A stretch of 64,000 nt of DNA from Obrimoposthia wandeli (Eukaryota): assembly GCA_977020255.1 (NCBI GenBank), contig CDROCS010001053.1:248001-312000 (forward strand), in the 5' to 3' direction. Position 1 is the first letter of the stretch. Every line of letters starts with the position of its first letter. Both the position numbers and the translations under genes were made by a program. Positions 1-12,613 of the stretch are shown piece after piece. The notes under the pieces were generated by a model. That model was not told the DNA's origin. It searched no databases and saw only the letters and a list, made by a program, of their open reading frames with translations.

Positions 1-559
1 TTGCTCTGTGTACATAACGACCATATCCTTTCAATAATCCTCGTGCTACGTATTTGTACGTCAAGTTATCTTGACTGTGTTTTACCAATTCCGTTCACAA
101 TTCTTCCAATTTGTGCTATTTAACTTTTTGTAACTTTATCAAGACTTATGTGGCTTTGCTTGCTTCCTTCAGCGATTGACTCAATATTTCTTTAGCTTCA
201 CTAATTATTTTGTGTGCATATTCGATACTCTTTGCATTTATTGCTGTTTCTATATGATCAGTTATAGGTTGTGCGTTACAACTCTTTTCTATTGATGTCT
301 CGTACGCTTCTAGTACTCGGTTCGTTAAATCATTAAAATCTTCTCTAGTGTGATGCTTTTTTTCCTTTGTGTGAAAACGTAGATGAATTTGCCATCTTTG
401 TATGTGGTGAATTTTAAATTATTCTCAACATTCGTTCGAATTTATTATCATTATCTTTGAAATCTATTTCACGTCTAAGTTCTGTTTCACAATTCCTGTT
501 CCTGTCATCATTTATGTAACTAAATTTTCATTTTGGTTTCGGTGAGCTCTCACGATTAT

Positions 560-1997
560 TCATCTGATCAACGTTATTATTATATCCTCCTTAATTATTT
601 TATCTATCAGCTCCTTGCTGTCTGTCTGCATAATTATTATATCTTCCTGGTGACTGTTGTCTATCCATCTACTGATTATTCGTTCTCCATTGCGGTAGAG
701 TTTATCTACCACCTCTATTACATGGTGGGGTGAATTATATCCTCTGTAATTATTTCCCAAATTATTATTACTAAATTTACCATTACCGAATTCCTTACCT
801 CTTGTACAATCTCTCGGGTAGTGACCCATTTGTTTACACGCAAAACACATTATTCTTCCCCGGATATATATCTTATCCTATTCATCTTCTAACTGTACTC
901 GCCGACTATTCTGTATATTGTCATAGCGTCCTCTAAAATCGAATTGAATCTTCTATCACTATATCCTGCATTATTTTTGAATCAAGAGTCATTTCGCTCT
1001 CCTCTGTTTACATTATAATTCCGATTGTATCCTATCCAGGGTAGGCGATTTTCAGAGTTGTCTTTATTTAAATTAAATCTATTTCTTAAATCATCTCTAT
1101 TATTATTCCACGGATCATTATTATTTCTAGCTCTCGAATCGTCTCTATTTCTACCTCTGAAATTATCTCTATTTTCATTACTAAATTCATTTCTTTTCTC
1201 GAACTTATTTCTGTCTCTAGACTCATTTTGTCCATAATTGTGATTTTGAAAATTACTTGGTTTTGTATTATTTACAAACACTTTTTGTCTTATCATCATA
1301 ATTTGTCGTTACTGTGTAAATTGCTAATGCTTCATTATTCTTTATATTCTTCTCAATTTATCTCACCTTTTGCATGGCGTTGTCAAAATCATTTGTATCC
1401 GATACAGCTAATAACACTCGAATATATATTTTTTCAGTCGACTTCTAAATATATATCTGACAGTACCACTACCATTTTGCCTTGATTCTGATTATCTTCT
1501 ATTAATTGTACAGCTGTTGCTACAGGTTCGCCTGCAGAAGTTCTCAATATTTTTCTTGGATGCGCTTGTGCTGCCAAGGTTCTCAAAACATACGCGTATT
1601 CATTCACACTCTCGTCATGTTTCTGTTTCCGTTTTCTCAAAATTCGTTTAATCACTTTTTCTAAACCTCCCAACACCAATTTTCCTATAAAAGCATTATC
1701 CAATGTTTCCCAATTTTCACGTTCTGCTTCTGTCATGTGTTTATACACTTCAAGTGCTAATCCTGTCAAATGCACTTGTACGAGGACACATTTTTCTCTT
1801 TCGTTCTATCCTTGAACGTCTGTGCAACTCGAATATTCCGCGAGGAAGTCACAAATACTTTCTTCATATTCTTTAAACTTGGCTAACTGCAGTGATCCAG
1901 TAAAGTCGGGTTTCAACATCACATTCAAAACTTGTACCAACTGGTCTGCATTCATATTACCTACATTATTTCTGACGTTATTCCTTGCATTAGCCAT
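560..1997 (-). pseudogene. gag: LTR retrotransposon gag (fragmented), with CCHC zinc knuckle
   Basis: Consecutive minus-strand ORF pieces 1806-1997, 1434-1775, 982-1299 and 560-850. The last contains CFACKQMGHYPRDC (CX2CX4HX4C). It lies downstream of a PBS and LTR. Confidence 0.8.
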
Positions 1998-2596
1998 ATT
2001 TTAAACTATTTATTCAATTATATTCAAATAAATTTCCTCAATCTCTTCTGGATTGTCAATTTCAATTCTCCTTGATTTGCAACTTCAATAACTTCAATTT
2101 ATTCTTGGTTAACTTCAAAAACAAGTAAGTCAATTCAAAACTCTCAGTTGAAACTGCTGACCGATTAACGTCTCTTTCAGATACTGTTTCTCCAACTTTA
2201 ACTTATTCTATTACTTCTTTATCTGCTCAAGGAACCTGTTCAATTCGGCTCTGACTATTATTATTTATATATTTTCGGGCAATCTGCTTTGTCTTCTAGT
2301 ATTAAACGTGGATCCTCTTTGACTATCCGCCGTCTTATCAATTGTGTGTTTGTTTATTTCTTACGACTTCGATTCACTTATTTCTTTTATTTTTTATTTC
2401 TCAACTATTATTTTACGAATTCCTATTTCAATTTATCTATTCGAGGAACTTATCAACTCGATTTACAGACTTATTCAATTTACTTACTTATTCAAATTAC
2501 TTATCTCAATTTACTTATCTCTTCTTATTCTTTTTCTATAACTTATTCTCAATTTGCTGTCTTATTCTATGTGAAAAACGCTGTGTCCGACGAGCT

Positions 2597-2615
2597 ATCG
2601 TCACTCGGGGCACCA
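2597..2615 (-). promoter_or_regulatory. Primer-binding site, probably elongator tRNA-Met
   Basis: Minus strand reads TGGTGCCCCGAGTGACGAT next to the LTR end. This resembles the complement of the 3' end of eukaryotic elongator tRNA-Met (TGGTGCCCCGTGTGAGGAT). Confidence 0.6.
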
Positions 2616-2623
2616 ATTTAATA

Positions 2624-3313
2624 TATTGGGGTTTCTATATGAAACTCTTCAGTTAGATCCTCGTATGGAGGTCCCCAGCGTGAGTTCTGTAGCGATAGGG
2701 ATTACAGATGGATGTGGTCTACCTGTTCGAGTCCTACTTAATCCCAGTCTCAATCTGAAGGTTTTGTGTTTTATTGTTCTGTGGTGTGTTCAAGAAGTGT
2801 GTTCACAGAATAGCTAGTAGGGCCCCAAAGCTAGTGTGGTGTGATGTAACGCAGAGTGGATAGTTTATCAGCTGAGTTAGCTTTTATGCCAGAAGGGTCT
2901 GGCAACACCAAGGCCGAATATCGATTAAACAGAGCCGGGACCAATCGACATAGACAATACTCCTCTGAATCTGTCAGCACGTGGAATATTGTCTCGTTGG
3001 TTGTCCCTCGGCTAATCTATATGTTAGGGGGCACACTAATTTTACAAAGAACTTAATTCGGAATGAATCTTCTTTTGATTTCACTAAAATAACTATATTT
3101 AACTTAGCACACTTAAAACTTCCTAAAATTATTACAGAATTCACAATAGGGGTGACACTTTTCTATGCGTATATTTTTCGCTACGATAAGATAAAATAAA
3201 TAACATTTAGATATTTTTGAGACACATCAGGATAGGCCTTCTAAACTAGTCACATACATCTTAGAACTCCCGCAGATGCTTCCTTATGAAGTGTTACAAC
3301 TCTGGTCCCAACA
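2624..3313 (-). repeat. 5' LTR of the gag-containing retrotransposon (~690 bp)
   Basis: Bounded by TATTGGG(G)...CCCAACA inverted ends and adjacent to the PBS. A related copy starts TGTTGGGGTTTCTATATGAAAC at 44299. Confidence 0.7.
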
Positions 3314-4916
3314 ATGTGAATTTAGAAATGGAAAAATAGCTCTTAAACAATGATACAATAAAAGTTTCTTACACAGTCAAGAATAATATCTCTGGACAAA
3401 AGTATAAATGCTAATTATTAGTATAGTACCTGAAAGGTGACAGATAGTACTTGTGTTCTAAAGAAAGATTTGTTTAATTTGCTAGAGACGATATGTTAAA
3501 ATTCAATTTCACCAGGTATTTTGATGTCAAGTATTGTATAGTGATGTTGAGAGGAGAGGCACAAACATGTATATGTGGTTGAGTTATTGAATAGCGGTCC
3601 AGATGGGGTTGGAAACTAGAATACTTTCCGATGCTTCTGATAATGGAAAACATTAGATGTGATTAAAAAATGGGGTTTAAAGAATAAATTGAGACAAGCA
3701 TGCACTTAGCGGTTTTCTCACAAATAAAGTTTAGATTTTGTTCATCCAGATCATTTGTTTAAAAGTAAGGTTTATTGGACTATTATTTTGTTTCGTTTTA
3801 AGTATAGTTGATGTATTAATATATTTTGTATTTTATGTCATTATTACTTCACTACTGTAACCTAAACATATCCCTACTCACGTTTCATTGAAAAACCGAG
3901 ATTTAAAATATGAATGAATCCCACAATAAAAGAAACCTGGAGACATAATCGATATTTTTAAATCAACAATTTCTAGGCAAATGAATGCACTATAATTAAT
4001 GGACTATTGTAGCTCACTTAGCAACGCTAACTTTAATATGGCAGCGATAAATTTCAAGGCCATAGGTTGTCTCTGAGACAACTCCATTGGAATTTGTATA
4101 ACAGTTAGAGAAACACTCACAAAATGGCCACTGATGGAAATGTAAAAACGGTGTCTTGATTGGATGAAAATAAAACCGACAGAAAGTTATTGCTTGGTCA
4201 GAATAATAATACTAAAATTTTCACTTAAATTTATAGAAAATGTCCTCATTAAATATTTATTTAGCGTGACTGAATAGTTTCAACAGTTGTTTATAATTTT
4301 TTCTAAACGTTAAAATTTATATTTTTGTTTTAAATATCCACTTCAAATGTCAATTATCAAATTGATCATTTTATATCAAATGAGATACTTATGCACCAAA
4401 TAGAATATCATTTTTTTAAAGTAACCATGGTGCGTAGCACGTTTCATGCAGTTGATATTTGTAATTTTTTTGAATGTATGGTCAGAGGAAGGTCCTTTAC
4501 TAAATTCTTGGAAGTGAAAGATGGAATCCGGACATCACTCGATGCTTCTTCTCACCGTTGCTACTTCAAATGACCATAATGTAAGGTATATGTGTTAAAT
4601 GGTCTAAGTAGATATTCGAAAACAGTTCGTCTTATTTCAAGGAATACAGCTGATTCTTTATATTTCCCAGAGTATTGATTGAAAGAATTCTATCTTTATT
4701 CCTAACATCACACGATCGTATCTTCGACGATTAGTGACTTCATTTAATTCGTATTCATAACAATTTAATCTGAAAGATTTCTGACTATTTTCTACTCTTT
4801 AATATATGCGAGGTCGGCGCCATTTCTAAGACAAAAGCATATCAAATTATGTAAATAATTTCATCGGGGTTCGATTTCTAAATTGAAATTTCTGCAACAA
4901 AAAACGAATAACAGTT

Positions 4917-5010
4917 AGTAGGTGGATGTATCCGGTCTAATCCACACACCCCCACTGTCCTTTAAAAGCGTGCATGTGTAATTTTGAAATTTTGTGTATG
5001 TGTGTAGGAG
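4917..5010 (+). repeat. Polinton terminal inverted repeat
   Basis: AGTAGGTGGATGT(A/G)TCCGGTCTAATCC-[C-rich]-CTGTCCTTTAAAA..GTGCATGTGT. The same motif occurs at the 14916, 21045, 22943 and 58579 ends; 5'-AG...CT-3' termini are typical of Polintons. Confidence 0.9.
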
Positions 5011-5293
5011 AAAAAATTCAAAAAGCATCGAATAATAGGGGGGGGTGGGGTCTCCCCCATATTTTTATTTTACTTTGAAATTTATCTCAAAAGTGGTTAG
5101 AGAAGACCACGGGAATCCATATTGACCGCGGCAGCTTATTGCAGACGAGATTTCAAATATATTACTACTATTTTTATGAAAGATATTAGATTACTACACG
5201 TTAAATATTTAGGTCAGATTTATAAGAATAGATCTTTATAATTTAGAGGAGAAAAAACAAAATACGAGTCAAAATTATTTTTCAAAACATTTA

Positions 5294-5697
5294 TTAAACA
5301 TAAAACAACATGTCGGCTTCACTCAAAGTCCAGAGAGGCTGCATTTTCCCGTCATCAGCAAAATATCCATTGAAACGTATTGAGATATTCCATAGTTCTT
5401 CATCTAGAATTGGAGCAATCAAATATCCTAGATCATCTTTAAATCCAGACTAGGATCAGTTTCAAGCTGGAAACAATTCCCTTCATATATATAATCAGGA
5501 ATGTAAAATCCCAAAATATTTTTCAATTGATCAAAATCAGATGTTGTTAAAATTTCGATAAGATAGTTATTCTCCAATTTAGATATTTTCACAGGATTCA
5601 TAACTCGTATAATTTGATGCCTCTTTAATATATTACATAGTTTTCCTTTTGAAATTCTTTCTGGATAATAAAAATTTGCTACACATATCTTATCCAT
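5294..5697 (-). pseudogene. Polinton accessory ORF (~135 aa), frameshifted copy; unknown function
   Basis: MDKICVANFYYPERISKGKL..., frameshift near 5430, C-terminus ...LWNISIRFNGYFADDGKMQPLWTLSEADMLFYV. Further copies at 13960-14364, 21490-21660 (C-terminal part) and 44762-44997 (partial). Confidence 0.7.
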
Positions 5698-5842
5698 TCT
5701 AAAATAAGAAACTGATTAAAAACAATGTTTATGAAAAAAATACATATAAGATACATATAAGACACAAATATTTAAAAAAAAACTGATTATTAAATGAAAG
5801 AAACATAGTAAAACCGATTACAATTTATTACACGCAAAAAAG

Positions 5843-6325
5843 TTAAAACATAGAAATATGAGCTCGTTCAATTTTCCACATAGGCAACTTTGTTCCCATT
5901 TCATCTTTCTTGTAACCATAAAATCGAATTGTTACAGTCCATTGCTTCTTTTTTGGAAACGCATCAATATCAACATATCTTCCATAGTCATCTAGAAATG
6001 CTTCATCGGGCCCTCGGATAAAAAATTCGTTCTTATTGAAAGTAAAATTCGGAACTGCCTTTTCAACTTTCTGTTTAAGATATTGAAAATCTGGTTTTTG
6101 AATATTTGATAGATAGTAGCTGAACTTTCTTCTTTCAATTGTCACAGAATTTACTAAAGCAATCAGTTGAGCCTTCTTCAAGAATCTGATTTTGTATTTT
6201 AAATATTGTTTCACTTCTTCATACATATCCTTATCCGATTCTTCAAACATTTCCGAATCTTCGTCCCCGCTTAATATCCGTTGGCTATCCTCCATCGTTG
6301 ATAATTGTCTTTGATATGAATGCAT
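5843..6325 (-). CDS. Polinton accessory protein, 160 aa, unknown function
   Basis: Intact ATG-to-stop ORF. Also intact at 45175-45657; the copy at 13332-13814 has one internal stop. Confidence 0.75.
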   Translation of the reverse strand: MHSYQRQLSTMEDSQRILSGDEDSEMFEESDKDMYEEVKQYLKYKIRFLKKAQLIALVNSVTIERRKFSYYLSNIQKPDFQYLKQKVEKAVPNFTFNKNEFFIRGPDEAFLDDYGRYVDIDAFPKKKQWTVTIRFYGYKKDEMGTKLPMWKIERAHISMF

Positions 6326-6339
6326 TTACTGTGATTTGT

Positions 6340-6575
6340 CCTCCAATGGTGCATTCTTTTATACTAATTTCTAACAAAGACATGAATCTCATTGGTTAAT
6401 ATAACTAAAGCATTGAATTTGATTGGACTAAATCCATATTAAAAATCAAATTTGATTGGAAGCAATATATCATCTAATTATAATAGGTTTGCAAAATAAT
6501 TACAAGAAATGTGCAATAAAAAAGCAGGTTCATAACATATATAAAGAAGAATTTACAGAATACAATTTTAGTCTA
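6340..6575. promoter_or_regulatory. Putative bidirectional Pol II promoter between ORF160 and the TBP-like gene
   Basis: CCAAT/ATTGG at 6343, 6391, 6422 and 6455; TATATAAA at 6538; ATG at 6576. Confidence 0.45.
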
Positions 6576-7062
6576 ATGAAACTCGTAAATATAAATTATA
6601 AAGATGATGTTTCGTACTTAGCATTCAATGAATGGAAGCCGAGACAATATGTGAAAATGTTTGATGATTTTACAGTTGTTATTTTCCTCGCATGTTAGTT
6701 TTTATTTTATTTTCATATTGAATTATTTTAGGAAGTTGTCGTGTTATGGGATACAAAATACCTTTGGATGAGTTCAATTTACCACTTGGAATTCAAATCA
6801 GTGCCATACTTCCAATCACAATTTCACCTAATATCGGGAAACAAATAAATCTTTATAAAATTGCAGAAAAATGAAAGAAGAATGCATGTTTAAACCGGAG
6901 ATTTTTCTTGCTTTCAGATATTTGAAGTTTAAACCGCTTTGTGTAAATATATTTTCCAGTGGTAAAGTTATGATATTGGGATTGAAAATTTTTGATTATC
7001 CAGACATTGTTGATATGATTTTAGAAAATATATCTTATTACATCTTGTTATCTTTTCTATAA
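6576..7062 (+). pseudogene. TBP-like gene, copy 1 (frameshifted; 38-nt intron 6694-6731)
   Basis: Homologous to the intact copy at 12614-13110. Contains VNIFSSGKVMILGLK; 1-nt deletions near 6685 and 6870. Confidence 0.75.
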
Positions 7063-7081
7063 ACAAACCCGTTTAAACTTA

Positions 7082-7372
7082 TTGTTTCAAAAGAATAATA
7101 CTATAAATACAGACAATGAAGTAAAGCGTCTTGTCAATGAAATATTTTCTGGAAAAATTAAGGGTAAACAAATTGTATCAGAATTAAAACATAATGATAT
7201 AACAAGAGATAACATTGAAATATTGGTTAGATCACACGTTATTCGAGAATTTAGAAATCGTACACAAATAAATAAAATTATAGCCAAATATTCATTAATT
7301 AATTTTTTGTATTTCATCTACAATAGCTCTAACATTGTACATTTCAATAAGGAAATTTCTATGATAATATAA
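7082..7372 (+). CDS. Polinton accessory ORF (~90 aa), unknown function
   Basis: Conserved between the TBP-like gene and the ATPase in three copies (also 12313-12585 minus and ~46423-46705 plus). Confidence 0.55.
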   Translation: MFQKNNTINTDNEVKRLVNEIFSGKIKGKQIVSELKHNDITRDNIEILVRSHVIREFRNRTQINKIIAKYSLINFLYFIYNSSNIVHFNKEISMII

Positions 7373-7401
7373 ACAATATTAAAAATGAAAGAGTATATGC
7401 A

Positions 7402-8049
7402 ATGGAGCTAAATAATAATGCTGTATTTCAAATAGTTTGTCCCAGTGGAAGTGGAAAGACACATTTCGTATGTAAATTGTTGCAAAATGAATCTCTTTTC
7501 AAATCTAGTTTCAAAAATATTTATTGGCATCATGGTGGAGGAGGGGAAAGCGGATTAACCAAAACAGAAGTTTGCAAGTTGAAGGGAATACAATTTATTG
7601 AAGGATTTGATGCAAATTGGTGTGAAAGATTGAAAAAATAAGATGTAATAATAATTGATGATTTGTATCAGGAAGCTAACAAGGAATCGGATTTTAATAA
7701 TTTATTTACGAAGATTGCAAGACATTGTGAAGTAACAGTTATATTTATCACTCAAAATCTTTTTCACCAAGGAAGTCACCATAGAACAAGAAATCTTAAT
7801 GTACATTACATAGTTTTATTTAAAAATCCTAGAGATCAAACAGTTGTAGATTTTGTGGCCAGACATGCATTTCCCCAAAATAAGAACTTTCTAGTTGATT
7901 CATTCCACGATGCTGCTAAACAAGCACATGGGTATATATTTATTGACTTTACACAAGCTTGTACAGATGATTTACGTATTTTAACCGACATATTTAATTT
8001 GAAGGCAGTAACTGTTTATAAACAAATAGAGAACAATTATAAAAAATAA
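7402..8049 (+). pseudogene. A32/FtsK-like genome-packaging ATPase (internal stop)
   Basis: Walker A (C)PSGSGKT, Walker B VIIIDD, and ARH..VTVIFITQNLF...NVHYIVLFKNPRD. A TAA at 7639-7641 splits the ORF. Confidence 0.9.
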
Positions 8050-8515
8050 ATTTACAATTCATTTTAAGAAGTTGATAGTAAAACGTAAAGCAAAGCCTAA
8101 GAAATCAAAAAAAAAGAATCATTAAGAAAATAGAAGTGAAAAAATTAGTCAAATCTGTAGTTAGAAATAAAAAAAACTTAAATGGCTTCGAATATAAACA
8201 ATATTTAAATTGAACCTTTTTTATTAAAATGAAGAAAATACATGTTGTAATATGTTGTAGATGATTTATTGGAAGTTTTGTATAATATAGTTTTGGGTCG
8301 AGTAAAAGTTGGAAATCGGAAAAATATTTTAAAGAAATATAGAAAAACTCTTCTAGATATTGCTAATGTAAAAAGTAAAAAAAGGAAACGAAATATTATT
8401 CTTAAACAGAATGGTGGTTTCATAGGGGCTGTTATTCCAGTTGTTGCTTCAATTATCAGTAGTATTATAGCTGCGACACGTTCATAAACAATTATTTATA
8501 AAATCAGTTAAAGAT

Positions 8516-9602
8516 ATGGGTGCTAACCCTTCTTTACCTAAATTTAAATTATCTTTCTATTCAAATTGTTGTAATGGAGAAGATATGGTTCAACCCAAAA
8601 GATCCAATTGGCTACACCAGAGTTTCAAAATTAGCAAAAAGAACAAAACAAATATACAAGAAAACGTAGAAATGGCTGAGCAACCAGTTAGCCTACAGCC
8701 TGAACAAGCCGATGAGAAGAAGGTTTCCAACTAGAGCTTACAATACCAGCGGTCCTAATAATTTATGGCAAATGGATTTGATGGAGATGATCCCATATTC
8801 TTCCATTAATAAGGGATATCGATATATTTTAACATGTATTGATGTATTTAGCAGGTTTGCTCGTGCAATTCCAGTTAAAGCAAAGTCTTCAATAGCTATG
8901 CTTGAAGCCATTAAAGAAATATTAAAAGAGGACATTCCACAAAATATGCAAACTAATTTAGGAAAGGAATTTTATAATAAGCAAGTTCAATCTTTATTTA
9001 AACAAAATAATATAAATCACTACTCTGTGTTTTCACAGTATAAAGCAGCAGTAGTAGAAAGATTTAATCGTACTTTAAGAGATCGAAAAAAACAGTATTT
9101 CACAAAAGAAGGAAATAAAAAATGGATCCAAGTTTTACCTAAAATAATACATGCCTATAATCACTCGGAACATAGAGGTCTCAAGGGAAGGAGACCTGTT
9201 GATGTTACTAATAAAAATTCTATGGATATTTGGATGAACAGGAATAAAAAAGAAAATATTAAAAAAGCTAAATATAAGAAAAACGAATATGTCCGAATTT
9301 CGAAAATTAGCTGTACTCCATTTATTAAAAACTTTGATCAGAATTAGAGCGATGAAATATTTTGTATAAGTAAAATTGATCAAAAGAGTAATCCAATAAT
9401 GTATACTATTAAAGATGCTGACAATAATATCGTTCACGGTAAATTTTACGAGCAAGAACTACAAGTAATATCAAATAAACCTAGCGTTTTCCGTATTCAA
9501 AAAATATTAAAAACTAAGGGTGCCGGTAAACATAAATAATACTATGTTAAATGACATGGTTATTCAGATCCAACTTGGATATCAGCATCTAATATAATGT
9601 GA
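8516..9602 (+). pseudogene. int: Retroviral-type (rve) integrase with C-terminal chromodomain-like tail
   Basis: WQMDL...YILTCIDVFSRFA, KEFYN, KAAVVERFNRTL. Degraded tail YYVK*HGYSDPTWI; frameshift and stops. Confidence 0.9.
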
Positions 9603-10369
9603 AGTCTATGTATATGGTTTTACCTAGTAACGGGTGTCCGAAGACTCAACCAGATAATGACGCTAGTAGCTTTATTATCGATTGGGAAAATTCTATAAAT
9701 CTTCAAGGAGAATGGGAAGCGGCTTTAACAGAATTTTCCTTTTATTATTCTCCAATTACTATTGGAAAAAACTCATATATTTCGTTTACTAAAGAAGTTG
9801 ATCATGAAAAATCAATTGAAGTTGTGATTGGGTTTGATAGTAAAGGAAAATTCTATTACAATTTTATAGATAAAGAAGTGAAAGTAATATATGAAAAAAA
9901 CAAAGTCAGATTTAAAAATCGACTAAAACATTTTTTAAAACCTATTCAAATTATATTTGGATCTGATAGAGAAGCTCTTCAATTCGGTTTTGACAGTGGA
10001 CATGTAGTAGGTATGAAGAGATCTGATATATCCTCATCTAAATCGTTTAAAAATGTTCCTGATAGAGTAACAAAAGTGTTGTTACTTGAATCGAGACCAA
10101 AGACTGTAGTGGAACTGAAAATGTTTTCAAAAGATTATAAAATAGATAGTGAAGTGAATTTCTGTAAATTAATACAGAAGGAATGTAGTGAATATTTCGA
10201 TAAATGTGTAACATTAAAAAATAATAAAATAACGTTTACAGTAAAGAGCAATATAATACGAGTTTTATTTGATGATAAACTCGCTAAAAACCTTGGTTTA
10301 AACAGAAATGCCTTTAAAACCCATACAATAAAAACCATAAAAGCTAAAAATAATGCAGAACTTTCTGTA
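9599..10369 (+). pseudogene. Minor capsid (penton) protein, N-terminal part, truncated at the palindrome centre
   Basis: MYMVLPSN...FIIDWENSINLQGEWEAALTEFSF matches the Polinton minor-capsid N-terminus pattern (LPSN...L.GEWEVAL.E). Confidence 0.75.
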
Positions 10370-10951
10370 TTCCTTCTGTATTAATTTTCATAAATCCACT
10401 TCACTATCTATTTTATAATCTTTTGAAAACCTTTTCAGTTCCACTACAGTCTTTGGTCTCGATTCAAGTAACAACACTTTTGCTACTCTACCAGGAACAT
10501 TTCTAACCGATTTAGATGAGACTATATCCCGTTTATTACGAGCTACTGTTTGTTCACTATCAAAACTGAATAGAAGAGCTTCTTTTTTAGATTCAAAGTT
10601 AATTTTAATAACTTGAAGATATTTTAATCGATTTTTAAATCTGACTTTGTTATTTTCAAATATTACTTTCACTTCTTTATCTATACAATTGTAATATAAT
10701 TGTGCTTTACTATCAAACCCGATCACAACTTCAGTTGTTTTTTCATGATCAACTTCTTTTGTAAACGTAATATGTGAGTTTTTTCCAATAGTAATTGGAG
10801 AATAATAAAACGAAAATTCTGTTAAAGCCGCGTCCCATTCTCCTTGGAGATTTATAGGATTTTCCCCATGGATAATAAAGTTACTAGCATCATTATATCG
10901 TTGAGTCTTCGGGCATCCGTTACTAGGTAACACCATATACATAGACTTCAT
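10369..10951 (-). pseudogene. Minor capsid N-terminal part, right-arm copy
   Basis: ORF 10388-10951 is colinear with 9599-10184. Confidence 0.75.
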
Positions 10952-11627
10952 ATTATATTAGATGCTGATATCCAAGTTGGGTCTGAACAACCATGCCATT
11001 TAACATAGTATTGTTTATATTTACTGGCACCCTTAGATTTTAATACTTTTTTAATAGAAAATTTAAATTTAGGTAAAGAAGCGTAAGCATCCATATCTTT
11101 AGCTGTTTTTGAAATAATTGTTTATGTACGTGTCGCAGCTATAATACTACTGATAATTGAAGCAACAACTGGAATAACAACTCCTATGAAACCACCATTC
11201 TGTTTAAGAATAATATTTCGTTTCCTTTTTTAACTTTTTACATTAGCAATATATAGAAGAGTTTTTCTATATTTCTTTAATATAATTTTCGATTTCCAAC
11301 TTTTACTCGACCCAAAACTATATTATACAAAACTTCCAATAAATCATCTACAACAAAAGATGGAAATGCTTTAAGAATAATCATTCTCTTATGAGAAGAG
11401 GCTTTGACTAAAGCTTTAAAATAGGGTATGCTCTTTGTATTTTCTTCATTTTAATAAAAAAGGTTCAATTTAAATAGTGTTTATATTCGAAGCCATTTAA
11501 GTTTTTTTTATTTCTAACTACAGAATTGATTAATTTTTTCGCTTCTTTTTTCTTAATGATTCTTTTTTTTGATTTCTTTGGCTTTGCTTTACGTTTTACT
11601 ATCAACTTCTTAAAAGGCATTGTAAAT

Positions 11628-12275
11628 TTATCTTTTATAATTGTTCTCTATTTGTTTATAAACAGTTACTCCCTTAGAATTAAATATGTCTGTTAAAACA
11701 CGTAAATCATCTGGGCAAGCTTGTGTAAAGTCAATAAATATATACCCATGTGCTTGTTTAGCAGCATCGTGGAATGAATCAACTAGAAAGTTCTTATTTT
11801 GAGGAAATGCCTGTCTGGCCACAAAATCAACAACTGTTTGATCTCTAGGATTTTTAAATAAAACTAGGTAATGTACATTAAGATTTCTAGTTCTATGGTG
11901 ACCTCCTTGGTGAAACTGATTTTGAGTGAGAAATATAACTGTTAATTCACGATGTCTTGCAATCTTTGTAAATAAATTTTTAAAGTCCGATTCCTTGTTA
12001 GCTTCCTGATACAAATCATCAATTATTATTACATCTTCTTTTTTCAATCTTTCACACCAATTTGCATCAAATCCTTCAATAAATTGTATTATCTTCAACT
12101 TGCAAACTTCTGTTTTGGTTAATCCGCTTTCCCCTCCTCCACCGTGATGCTAATAAATATTTTTGAAGCTAGATTTGAAAAGAGATTCATTTTGCAACAA
12201 TTTACATACGAAATGTGTCTTTCAACTTCCACTGGGACCAACTATTTGAAATACAGCATTATTATTTAGCTCCAT
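11628..12275 (-). pseudogene. Packaging ATPase, right-arm copy
   Basis: GPSGS*KT (TGA in Walker A); downstream ORF 11628-12098 carries VIIIDD and TVIFLTQN. Confidence 0.88.
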
Positions 12276-12613
12276 TGCATAAACTCTTTCAATTTTAATA
12301 TTGTTTATATTATCATAGCAGTTTCTTTATTGAAATGTACAATGTTAGAGCTATTGTAGATAAAATACAAAAATTAATTAATGAATATTTGGCTATAATT
12401 TTATGTATTTGTGTACGATTTCTAAATTCTCGAATAACGTGTGATCTAACCAATATTTCAATGTTATCTCTTGTTATATCATTATTTTTTAATTCTGAAA
12501 AAATTTCTTTATCCCTAATTTTTCCAGAAAATATTTCGTCGGCAAGCCGATCCACTTCATTGTCTCTATTTATAGTATTATTCATTTAAAACAATAAGTT
12601 TAAACGGGTTTGT

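Noticed and set aside
1-530. pol or env downstream of gag
   Set aside because: No protease, RT or env motif is recognisable in the decayed frames.
2289-2656. Several hydrophobic ORFs in the retrotransposon leader
   Set aside because: T-rich low-complexity sequence with no recognisable motifs.
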